Assembly: GCA_045863855.1 (NCBI GenBank)
Contig: BTVV01000166.1
Span: forward strand, 1-11,563
Reading direction: 5' to 3'
DNA: 11,563 bases
Origin: Planctomycetota bacterium
GTDB taxonomy: Bacteria; Planctomycetota; SZUA-567; H5-PLA8
Positions within the stretch are counted from its first letter, which is position 1; every line of letters starts with the position of its first letter. Below are positions 1 through 8,900 of the stretch, in pieces. A model generated the notes under the pieces. The model was not told the DNA's origin. It did not search any database and was given only the letters and a program-made list of their open reading frames with translations. A program made the translations under genes and the position numbers.

Positions 1-1809
1 CAGGAGATGGGCATGACCTGGGCGCGCGCCGGCTGTTACGTTTTGGTTCCGGACCTCATCGGATATGGCGAGCGTCTGCATACCCCATACCCTGGACGGC
101 AATCCTATTTCTTCAGGTACGATTTGGGCATGCAGTTCGCTCTTTGCGGAGAGAGCCTGATCGGAAGGTACGTAGGGGATCTGCAGCGCGGCGTGGATGT
201 GCTGCTGGCTCAAGATAACGCCGATCCCGCGCGCGTCATCCTTCTGGGCGCAGTGGCCGGCGGGGGCGATCCCGCGGCGGTGACGGCGGCGCTGGATTCG
301 CGGATCACCTGCGTGGCCCCGTTCAACTTCGGCGGGCCCCAACCGGAATCGGTCGTCGACGACGCGAGTGCGGCCGCCGGCTTCCGATACACCGGAAGCG
401 GTGGTTGGGAATCGACGCGCAATTTACGCCTTAGCGCGCGAGATGGCTTCTTGCCGTGGACCATCGTCGGCGCTGCCGTGCCGCGAGCCTTGGTATACGC
501 GCACGAATTCGAATGGCATGCAGATCTCGATCCGGTTTGGGCTCGCCTTCGAGACGTCTACAAATGGCACGGAGTTTCCGACCGCTTGGGCAGCCTAAAA
601 GGTACCGGGCGCGTATCGCAACGCCCGCCGGAAGCCACTCATTGCAACCAGATCGGCGCTTATCACCGTGCGCAGTTGTATCCGCTCTTCGAGCGCTGGT
701 TCGGGATGAAGCCACCGCGGTCCGAATACACGGCGGTGCGCGAACCGGAAGAGTTGAACGTCCTGCCCGAAAACTCGACTCGGATGCCCGCGCAACTCCA
801 GGCTCGGGTGCGAGCCGAGGCGAGAATTGCGGAAGCAATCCAAGCATTGGCGGCTTGCGAAAGCGATGCTCGACGGAGTTATCTGCGCGAACGCTACACG
901 CAAGTGCTTGGGCTTCCCGAACACGGAATTCCCGTTTTGCGCCTGGCCCCTGCTGCCACTTGGCGCGGGAGTACGCCGGTGGAGCGCCTAATCGTCGAGA
1001 CCGAACCGGGCATTGAAGTTCCTCTGCTACTGCTTCGTCCTCGCGAAGCCAGCGGCGGTCCTCTGGTAGTTGCCTTCGCTCAAGAGGGTAAAGCACGGAT
1101 CTTGCGAGAGCGCGGCGGTTCAATCGCTCACTTGCTTGAGCGCGGCGCGACCGTCTGCTTGCCCGACCTGCGCGGCTTCGGGGAAACGGCGCCTGATGAA
1201 GACCGAAGCTGGTACGGTCCGGCCACAAAGCATGCGTCGAGCGAACTTATGCTGGGACGCACTCAGCTTGGCAACCGCTTGTTCGATCTGCGTGCGGTGC
1301 TGATGGCGTTGCGTGCCCAGAAAATCGCGGAATGGAATGCCGTGATGATTTGGGGCGATTCGTTTGCTCGCTTGAATCCGCCGGGTTTTGAAAGCCCGCC
1401 GCATCGAGGCGGAACTCGCAGTCCCGATACACAGGGTCCCCCCATTCCACCGGCCGCCATTGGGGAGCCCGGTGCGGGTTTCCTTGCTTTGCTGGCTGCA
1501 CTTTTCGAACCTCAGGTACGCGCAGTTCACGCCACTCGAACACTGATAAGTTGGCTGGATACTCTTCGCACGCCTTTTGTGCACTTGCCCTTCGATGCGA
1601 TCGTGCCCGGTATCGTCCACGCAGGCGATGTGCCCGAGCTTGTCGCCACCTTGGCACCAAGTGATGTTTATTTCGAGGGTCCCATCGACGGACGAAATCT
1701 GCTCCTGAACCCAACAGACGCAAAGGCACGGTTGGCTAGCAGCGGAACCACCGTGCATGTACTACCCGATTTGACCGGCCCCGAATTGGTGGCATGGATT
1801 GAAACCTAA
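1..1809 (+). CDS. 5'-partial protein with two tandem alpha/beta-hydrolase-fold domains (acetyl xylan esterase / dienelactone hydrolase-like; substrate unknown)
   Basis: Frame 1 is open from base 1 (CAG GAG ATG) to TAA 1807-1809. Internal duplication of hydrolase motifs: GCYVLVPDLIGYGER vs GATVCLPDLRGFGET; GESLIGRYVGDLQRGVDVL vs GRTQLGNRLFDLRAVLMAL; AAVTAALDSRI vs ALLAALFEPQV. The first domain begins mid-fold: the second has an upstream segment (VERLIVETEPGIEVPLLLLRP...PLVV) that the first lacks, so the true start is probably upstream of the window. Confidence 0.85.
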   Translation, partial: QEMGMTWARAGCYVLVPDLIGYGERLHTPYPGRQSYFFRYDLGMQFALCGESLIGRYVGDLQRGVDVLLAQDNADPARVILLGAVAGGGDPAAVTAALDSRITCVAPFNFGGPQPESVVDDASAAAGFRYTGSGGWESTRNLRLSARDGFLPWTIVGAAVPRALVYAHEFEWHADLDPVWARLRDVYKWHGVSDRLGSLKGTGRVSQRPPEATHCNQIGAYHRAQLYPLFERWFGMKPPRSEYTAVREPEELNVLPENSTRMPAQLQARVRAEARIAEAIQALAACESDARRSYLRERYTQVLGLPEHGIPVLRLAPAATWRGSTPVERLIVETEPGIEVPLLLLRPREASGGPLVVAFAQEGKARILRERGGSIAHLLERGATVCLPDLRGFGETAPDEDRSWYGPATKHASSELMLGRTQLGNRLFDLRAVLMALRAQKIAEWNAVMIWGDSFARLNPPGFESPPHRGGTRSPDTQGPPIPPAAIGEPGAGFLALLAALFEPQVRAVHATRTLISWLDTLRTPFVHLPFDAIVPGIVHAGDVPELVATLAPSDVYFEGPIDGRNLLLNPTDAKARLASSGTTVHVLPDLTGPELVAWIET

Positions 1810-2184
1810 GGTGTGTCAACCAAGCACTTCTGCATCGAAAAAGCATCATTGGAGCTTCGGAATTGGAACCCAGCAAAGAACAGAACGCTCCTATACCCTT
1901 CGATTCACTATATATCAGTGGGTATGAATAGAGAATCAATGCTTTGGCGTGCTACATCAACTAGTACAATTCCTGCTCAGACAACCGGATGCAACAATGG
2001 AGCAACCTCATATTGACTGAACTCCTGCACTAGTGCAAATAGCAGGAAAAAGTTTCACCCTTCAACTTGATTGGAAGTTCTATTTAGCCTTCATTTCGGA
2101 TAGTCTATTTACAGGTTGCTTGCAGCCTTTTGGGCGATCTGAATCAGGGCTGCCAAAAGCTGCACTCAAATTGGGCTCATTCAC
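1810..2184 (+). promoter_or_regulatory. AT-rich intergenic region, probable promoter/leader of the downstream two-gene unit
   Basis: About 40% GC in sampled lines (25/60 at 1861-1920, 23/60 at 2041-2100) against visibly GC-rich CDS flanks. Weak sigma70-like candidate: TTGGCG 1944-1949 with TACAAT 1965-1970 (15-bp spacer). Contains a palindrome and inverted repeats. Confidence 0.5.
2026..2037. promoter_or_regulatory. Perfect 12-bp palindrome TGCACTAGTGCA, candidate operator
   Basis: Self-complementary as read. It lies within an inverted repeat TCCTGC (2023-2028) / GCAGGA (2042-2047) and just downstream of TTGACT (2013-2018). Function is inferred only. Confidence 0.3.
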
Positions 2185-2880
2185 GTGATGCGAAGTCCGT
2201 ATTCAAGCATAAGCCGAGTTGAGCTGCTTGTGGTATTGGGCGCAGTGTTGCTCACGGTGGGCTTGTTTGTCTTGGCTGCACCGAAGACGCCCGCTTCGGT
2301 GCAGGTTGGCCACAGTTTCAAATCCGAGCCGCTGCAGGAGCCGTCTTCGACTTCTTCGGGCGTGGGTAAACGCGAAAGCGATTTAACTGGACCTCGAATT
2401 GTGGCGGTTACACCCGGCCCCAACAGCACGCCCAATATGCCGCCGGCTGAATTGATCGTGACCTTCAGCGAGCCGATTCGCGCGAGCACGATCAACACCG
2501 GGACCATTCGAGTAACGCGCTCGGGGGGCGATGGAACGTTCAACGACGGCAACGAGGTCGAAATCGTGCCGGCTGCGGTCGAATTGATCGATCCGACCAC
2601 CGCTCGGCTGGACATATCGGGCGCGGTATTGCCGGACGACAAATACCGGGTACTGGTCCTAGGCGGGAACACGACGGGGTTGGCGTCGAGCAGTTCGAAC
2701 AGCAGTGCTTCGAGTTCGAACAGCAATTCGTCGAACTCCAGCACTTCGGCGTCGTCATCCAATTCATCGACCACCAGCACCTCCAATTCCACGTCGGCAA
2801 CCACTAGCGGAGCGAGTTCGAGCAGCGGGGGATCCTCCTCCAGCGGTGGAACCAGCAGCGGGGACGGGACATTCGAATGA
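2185..2880 (+). CDS. Membrane-anchored or secreted Ig-like-domain protein with prepilin-like N-terminus and Ser-rich C-terminal tail
   Basis: GTG 2185 or ATG 2188 to TGA 2878-2880. N-terminus SS|ISRVELLVVLGAVLLTVGLFVLAA is hydrophobic with Glu at +5. Ig-like segment 2386-2667 (TGPRIVAVTPGPN...IVTFSEPI...TRSGGDGTFNDG...DDKYRVLVLGG). Low-complexity tail follows. Confidence 0.8.
   Translation: MMRSPYSSISRVELLVVLGAVLLTVGLFVLAAPKTPASVQVGHSFKSEPLQEPSSTSSGVGKRESDLTGPRIVAVTPGPNSTPNMPPAELIVTFSEPIRASTINTGTIRVTRSGGDGTFNDGNEVEIVPAAVELIDPTTARLDISGAVLPDDKYRVLVLGGNTTGLASSSSNSSASSSNSNSSNSSTSASSSNSSTTSTSNSTSATTSGASSSSGGSSSSGGTSSGDGTFE
2686..2859 (+). repeat. Low-complexity Ser/Asn/Thr/Gly-coding tract (35 of 58 codons Ser)
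   Basis: SSSSNSSASSSNSNSSNSSTSASSSNSSTTSTSNSTSATTSGASSSSGGSSSSGGTSS, built from mixed TCG/AGC/AGT/TCC codons. Direct repeat AGTTCGAACAGCA at 2692-2704 and 2713-2725. Confidence 0.9.
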
Positions 2881-2960
2881 AGCCCCGCTCGCCCACATTC
2901 TCCCGCTCGATTGCGCCGCTGGCCGTGGTGGCCTTAATGGCGTGTTCGACCCTATTTGCA
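2877..2960 (+). other. Sec signal peptide of the giant protein
   Basis: Basic n-region (MKPR...R), hydrophobic core (IAPLAVVALMA), LFA|Q cleavage-like site directly before the first domain. Confidence 0.75.
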
Positions 2961-5900
2961 CAGAGCGGTCCGATCGCGCATTGGACCTTCGACGAAGGTG
3001 CGGGCACGACGGCCGCGGACTCGAGCGGGAACGGGCATACGGGGACGCTGGTTAATGGCACGGTTTGGACATTGGGCCTCCTAGGCAACGCGGTCCAGTT
3101 CGACGGCGTGAACGACTATCTTTCGGTGGGCATGGCCGATATCGCGACGCCATGGACGGCGGCGTTGTGGGTGCGGCGCGAGGATTCTACGCACTCAAAT
3201 GCCAAATTTACACACTCGAGTACCGGATCTTTGCGGCTGGAACAGTACGACGGGACCGACAAGGTCGGGTTAACCAAGTACGGTTCGTTCGACCAAGTTT
3301 TTAACTATCAGGCCCCGGTGGGAACGTGGGTTCATCTCGCGTTTGTGTGTACGAGCGGCGGGACGACGCTGTATGTCAATGGCGTCGCGCAGGGTTCGAT
3401 CGCGCAGTCGGCCGCCCTGGGCCTGCAAACGATCAGCCACGCCGATGGCGGGATGAAGGGCGCGTTGGACGATTTCCGGGTCTACGACCGCGCCTTAATT
3501 GCTTCTGAAATCTACACGCTTGCTTCGCCCGATCCGGCGCCGCCCGTGGCACGCGATGATGTTTACGGGATCGTAGGCGCCTCGCAGACGATTGCCGCGC
3601 CGGGCGTATTGGCCAATGACCAGGATCCCAACCTCGATCCGTTCACGGCGGTCAAGCAGTCCGACCCCGCGCACGGAACGCTCAGCCTGAATTCGGACGG
3701 CTCCTTCACGTACACGCCGACGCCCGGCTACGAAGGAGCGGACAGTTTCACATACTTGGCGCGAGACGCGGATGGCGACTCGAACATCGCCACGGTGACG
3801 TTGCACGTCGGTGGCGAGCCGCTGCCGGCCGGCCCCGTCAAGCGACTGCTGCATCTGGGCTCAACGGCCGGCAAGGTGATCGTGGGGTATCCGACGAGCG
3901 GGCAGAGCATCCTCTGGGATTTCATGCTCTTTGCCGGATATGGACCGGAGTACGCACTGCAGCCGCGCCCCGGGCAGAGCATGGGCATTGCGGTCGCGAC
4001 CAACGAGAACCCGATGGTCTGGACGATCCTCGACGACGCCGACGGCGATTGGGTCAACGGCGTGGCGGATCGCTACGTCGGGTATTGGGCGCTGTACTTC
4101 CATGTGCCCAGCGCTCGGGATGTGCGGCTGAGCGGCTCGGTGGACGATGAGGCCTGGATCTGGATAGATGGGAATCCGGCAGCGCTTGAGTGCGCGGGCG
4201 TTTTCAACCACACGGTTGCGCTTCAGACGGGTTGGCATGCGTTGCTCCTGAAGCACTTCGAGAATACGGGAAACGACCGTTTCTCGCTCTCGTTTAAGCA
4301 TACGGATGGCACGGACATGACGGATCTGCGCTACCACATGCAGGACGTGGTGGCGCCGGTGGTGGCCGAGGTTTTGCCCGCGCACGAGGCCGCGAGCGTG
4401 CCGCCGTGGCAGGATGTGATGGTGACGTTCCGCGAACCGATGAACACGACGATACCGGCCGATGCGGTGGCGAGTCTCGGCGGCGGAAGCGTGGCCGGGT
4501 CGTGGGCCTGGACGGACAACCGGACGCTTACCTTTACCCCCGGCGCGCTCTGGGATCCCGCCACGACCTACACGATCACGCTCGACCCGGACCATGCCTG
4601 CGATGCTGCGGGCAACAGGCTCTCGGGGCAGACGACCTTCACCTTCACGACGCAAGCGCGATCAAGTCCCGGTTTGGCGAGCGTCTCGCCGGCTTCGGGC
4701 TGGAACGCAAGCGCACTCCAAGGCGTGACCTTGAACGGGTCGGGGTTCCTGGAAGGCGCCGTGGCCCATCCGCCGGGCGCGCGGCCGTTCGGCGGGCACT
4801 ATTACCGGCCGCATATACCCGGTACGGACTGGCAGTCCGCGCGGAGCGCCTGCGTGGCGGCGGGCGGGCATCTGGCGACCTTGGCCGATGCCTCGGAAGA
4901 CCAGTTTGTCTGGAAGTTGGGCGGGCGAATGAACGGCTGGATCGGGCTCTACGACCCGACGCACACCGAATCCAACGTCTGGGTGACCGGAGAGCCGGTG
5001 ACCTACACCAATTGGGCCGCGGGAGAACCCTCCAACTTTGGCGAACAGGAGCCGTACGGCGTGTACTGGTGGGGCTTCCGCTGGAACGACGTAGGCAGCA
5101 GCGCCGCCAGTGTCCGGCCCTACGTCTGCGAATTCGACCGCCGGGAACAGCCGCAGGTACGCCTGAAGAAGGCTGGGCAGCCCGATCGTGTGGCGAGCGC
5201 GGTGAAGGTGACTTCGGGCGGTGCTTTGACCTTCGATGTGGACCTTACGGGCGCGGAAACCGGCCTTTGGGACGTGCACCTGACGAACCCGGACGGTTCC
5301 ACGGCGCTCTTGGCGGGTGGCTTTACGGTAACCGGGGAGCCCACGCCGGGCGACGGGTTGCTGGCGCACTGGAAGTTCGACGAAGGTTCGGGCGGTACGG
5401 CGGCGGATTCGAGCGGGAACGAGCATACAGGGACGTTGGGTGGTGGAGCTGAGTGGACCCATGGAGTGAATGGTGGCGGGCTGCGCTTCGCCGGTGTGGA
5501 TGAACATGTGGCGATTGACATGCCCCAACAGGCGTATCCTTGGACGTTCACACTATTCGTGAAGCGCGAACAGGGAAGTACGGCCAGCTCGGCTGCCCTG
5601 TTGAGCAACACCAGCTACCAGGTTCAATTAGAGCAGTATAACAACACCAAGAAAGTAGGGATCACCGACTGGCCGGCTGAACCGGACCGAAACCACGCGT
5701 TCAATTACACGGCGCCGTTTGATCGTTGGATTCATCTTGCTTACGTATGTACCGGAACGCAGACGATCGTGTACGTGAACGGGCAATTCGTGGACAGCAC
5801 TACTAACGTGATACCACTTCCTTTGACGACCATCGGACATCGCGCCGATGTATCGCCCAAGGCGATTTTGGACGACTTGAGGGTGTTCGGCCGCGCGTTG

Positions 5901-8900
5901 AGTGCCGGAGAGATTGCTGCGTTAATCGGCCCGCTGCCCCCGCAGGCCAGGGACGACAAGTATTCGATCGCGGAGGACGCGCCCTATTCAGCCGCCGCGC
6001 CGGGCGTGCTGGTCAACGATTACGACTTGAACGGACAAGCGTTGAGTGCGGCGCTGGTGACGCCGCCCGGTCACGCACAGACGTTCGTGTTGAACGCCGA
6101 CGGTTCGTTCAGCTACACGCCTGTGCCCGGGTATTTCGGATTGGATTCGTTCACCTACAAGGCGAACGATGGCGCGGAAGACTCGGCCCCGGCGACGGTC
6201 ACGATCAACGTGGGCGGGGTGGTGGCGCATTGGAAATTCGACGAAGGCGCGGGCGGTACGGCGGCGGATTCGAGCGGGAACGGGCATTCGGGGACGCTGG
6301 GTGGAGGAGCGGAGTGGACGACGGGAGTGAAGGGTGGCGGGCTGCGCTTCGCCGGGGTGGATGAGCATGTGGCGATAGACATGCCCCATCAACCGCATCC
6401 CTGGACGTTCTCATTGTTCGTGAAACGCGAGCCGGGCGGTACGGCAAGTTCGGCGGCCTTGTTAAGCAGCAGCAGTTATCAGGTTCAGCTCGAACAGTAC
6501 AACCATACCAAAAAGGTGGGGATCACGGACTGGCCGGCGGAGCCGGACCGGAACCACGCCTTCAATTACACGGCGCCGTTCAATAAGTGGATTCATCTTA
6601 CCTATGTCTGTACCGGTACAAACACGCTCGTGTACGTGAACGGACAGCTTATCGACAGCACAACCAACCTTATTCCGCTTCCGCTGACAACCATAGGGCA
6701 CCGCGCGGATGTCTCGCCTAAAGCAGTATTGGACGATTTGAGAGTATTCGACCGTGCGCTGAGCGCTTCAGAGATCGCGGCGCTAATCGGACCGTTGCCG
6801 CCGCAAGCCGAGGCCGACAAGTTTTCGATTGCCGAGGACGCGTCCTACTCGGCCGCCGCGCCGGGCGTGCTCACCAACGACTACGACTTGAACGGGCAAG
6901 CCTTGAGCGCAGCGCTGGTGACGCCGCCGAGCCACGCGCAGGCGTTTGCGTTCAACGCGGACGGCTCCTTCAGCTATACGCCGGCAGCCGGCTATCGCGG
7001 CCTTGACACCTTCACCTACAAGGCGAACGACGGCGCGGAGGACTCGGACCCGGCTACGGTCACGATCAACGTGGGCGGATTGGTGGCGCATTGGAAGTTT
7101 GATGACGGAAGCGGAACCACCGCACTGGATTCGAGCGGCTTCAACCACCACGGCACGCTTATGAGCAGCCCGGTCTGGGCGGCGGGGATCGCTGGCGGGG
7201 CGCTGGATTTCAACGGCAGTACCAGCCACGTGACGTGCGGGGACATCCTGAATGACCTGAAAACGCCCTTCACCTTCGCGACCTGGATCTATAAAGACGC
7301 CGGCAGTGGAAACACGGTGCTTGTTTCGACCGACGATTCGCCTTCCACTTACGCCGGCTTCTGGGTTCATGTGGATTCCACCGGCCGCGTTTCGATGCAT
7401 CTGGGCAGCGGGGCAGGAACCGGCTCGGGCGCTCGGCGAAGCAAGCATTCGCCCATTGGCGTGGCGGTGGAGGGGCAATGGACGCATCTGGCGTTCACCG
7501 TGCGAAACACAACGGACATGACCATCTACGTGGACGGCGTGGACGTGGGCGGCACATACGACGGTACCGGCGGCACGATGGCGCATACCACGGGCGTGTT
7601 CCAGATCGCCAAGCGCACGAACACCAGCCAGGTATTTCCTGGACTCATGGACGACGTCCGTGTCTACGACCGGGCGCTCTCGATGGCCGACGTGACCGAA
7701 CTGGCCGCCATGGGGCCGCCGGTGGCGCAGCCTGACAGTTTCCTCGTAACCCCCGACACGCCGTTGTCCGTTCCGGCCTCGGGCGTACTGGCCAACGACC
7801 ATGATGCGGGCGGCGCGGCACTCTCCGCGGTGAAGGACACCGATCCCGCGCACGGAGCGCTTACCCTCAACGCCGACGGTTCCTTCCTCTACACCCCCGC
7901 GCCGGGCTATACCGGCAGCGACGGCTTCACCTACCACGCGGTGGCTGACGGTCAGGCATCCGAGACGGTCATGGTGAGTTTCGCGGTGGGCAACGACGTG
8001 ACCGCGGGCCTGATCGGCCATTGGAAGCTCGACGAGGGTACGGGCACGACGGCGGCCGATTCCAGTGCGAATGCGAACCACGGAACCCTCGTCAACGGGA
8101 CCATGTGGGGCACGGGGTACAACGGCGGCGGCGTGATCTTCGACATGATGAACGACTATGTGAAGGTTCCGCAGCATGCCTCACTGGAACCAAGCGGCGG
8201 AGTCACGGTGGCTTTCTGGGCGCGCGTGGCCGATCCGCGCAGCGGGAACGTCGCCGATCTGGTCCGGAAGTCCGGGTTCAACTTGCCAGGGTACCTGATG
8301 CGTTGGAGCGGTTCCGACGGCACCCTGCAATGGCGGGTTGACCGGGCCGGGTCAGGGAACGTGCACGTTTTCGACTCGCAGCCCAACGCAGCCTATTCGC
8401 GCGACTGGCATTACTTCACGGGCACCTTTGACGCCTCGACGGGTCTGAGCGTGCTGTATGTGGATGGCCAGGAACGTGGGCGCGTCCAAGGCGCGCCGGG
8501 AGCGCTCGAACACAGCTCCGACCTGCATTTCGGCTGGATCCCGTTCGGCTCGCACGTGACGCCGGAAGGCGAAATGGATGACGTTCGCATTTACAACCGC
8601 GCTCTTTCGGGGGCGGAAGTGCTGGCGCTATCGCAGCGCGCGCCGATGGCAGTGGCCGATGGCTACGGCGTGGCGCAGGGCGGCTCGCTGACCGTTTCCG
8701 CGGCCGAAGGCGTCCTGGCCAACGACCGCGATCCCAACGGGCAGGGGCTCTTCGCACTGCTGGAAGGCGCAGCCCCGCCGGGTTTGAGCTTCCAGAGCAA
8801 CGGCTCGTTTGACTACACGCCGCCTGGCGGCACGACCGGATTGGTCACCTTCGCCTACCGTGCATCCGACGGAAACCTGACAAGCACCCCGGTCACCGTC

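Noticed and set aside
1..15. AGGAG at 2-6 as a Shine-Dalgarno for ATG 7 or 13 (complete gene)
   Set aside because: The frame is open upstream and domain 1 lacks the N-terminal strands present in domain 2, so a start outside the window is more likely. This cannot be fully excluded.
1810..1935. Rho-independent terminator after the hydrolase gene
   Set aside because: Only weak, interrupted pairings (ATACCC/GGGTAT, CACT/AGTG) are present, with no GC-rich stem followed by a U-tract.
1736..2016. Small ORFs 1813..2016 (+) and 1736..1939 (-)
   Set aside because: AT-rich, codon usage unlike the neighbouring genes, no convincing ribosome-binding site or motif; more simply non-coding.
2030..2165. c-di-GMP-I riboswitch upstream of the adhesin (prompted by GCAAA and GGGCTGCC)
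   Set aside because: I could not build the two-hairpin GNRA tetraloop/receptor arrangement with correct spacing. An Rfam scan would be needed, so it is not supported.
2181..2804. Acidic 207-aa minus-strand ORF (ELEVLVVDELDDD...)
   Set aside because: It is the antisense reading of ORF2; the Glu/Leu/Asp run mirrors the Ser codons.
2860..2900. ORF2 and the giant ORF as one gene split by a frameshift or programmed slippage
   Set aside because: The giant ORF has its own ATG and signal peptide, the junction is a standard ATGA overlap, and there is no slippery homopolymer.
5364..7085. Diversity-generating retroelement TR/VR pair (prompted by the repeat plus C-type lectin domains)
   Set aside because: Differences between the copies are mostly synonymous, involve all bases rather than adenines of one copy, and both copies are in-frame coding. 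No reverse transcriptase and no near-identical copy of either CTLD is in the window.
5364..7085. Assembly artefact duplication
   Set aside because: The copies differ at many positions, with a strong third-codon bias that is typical of real evolutionary divergence.
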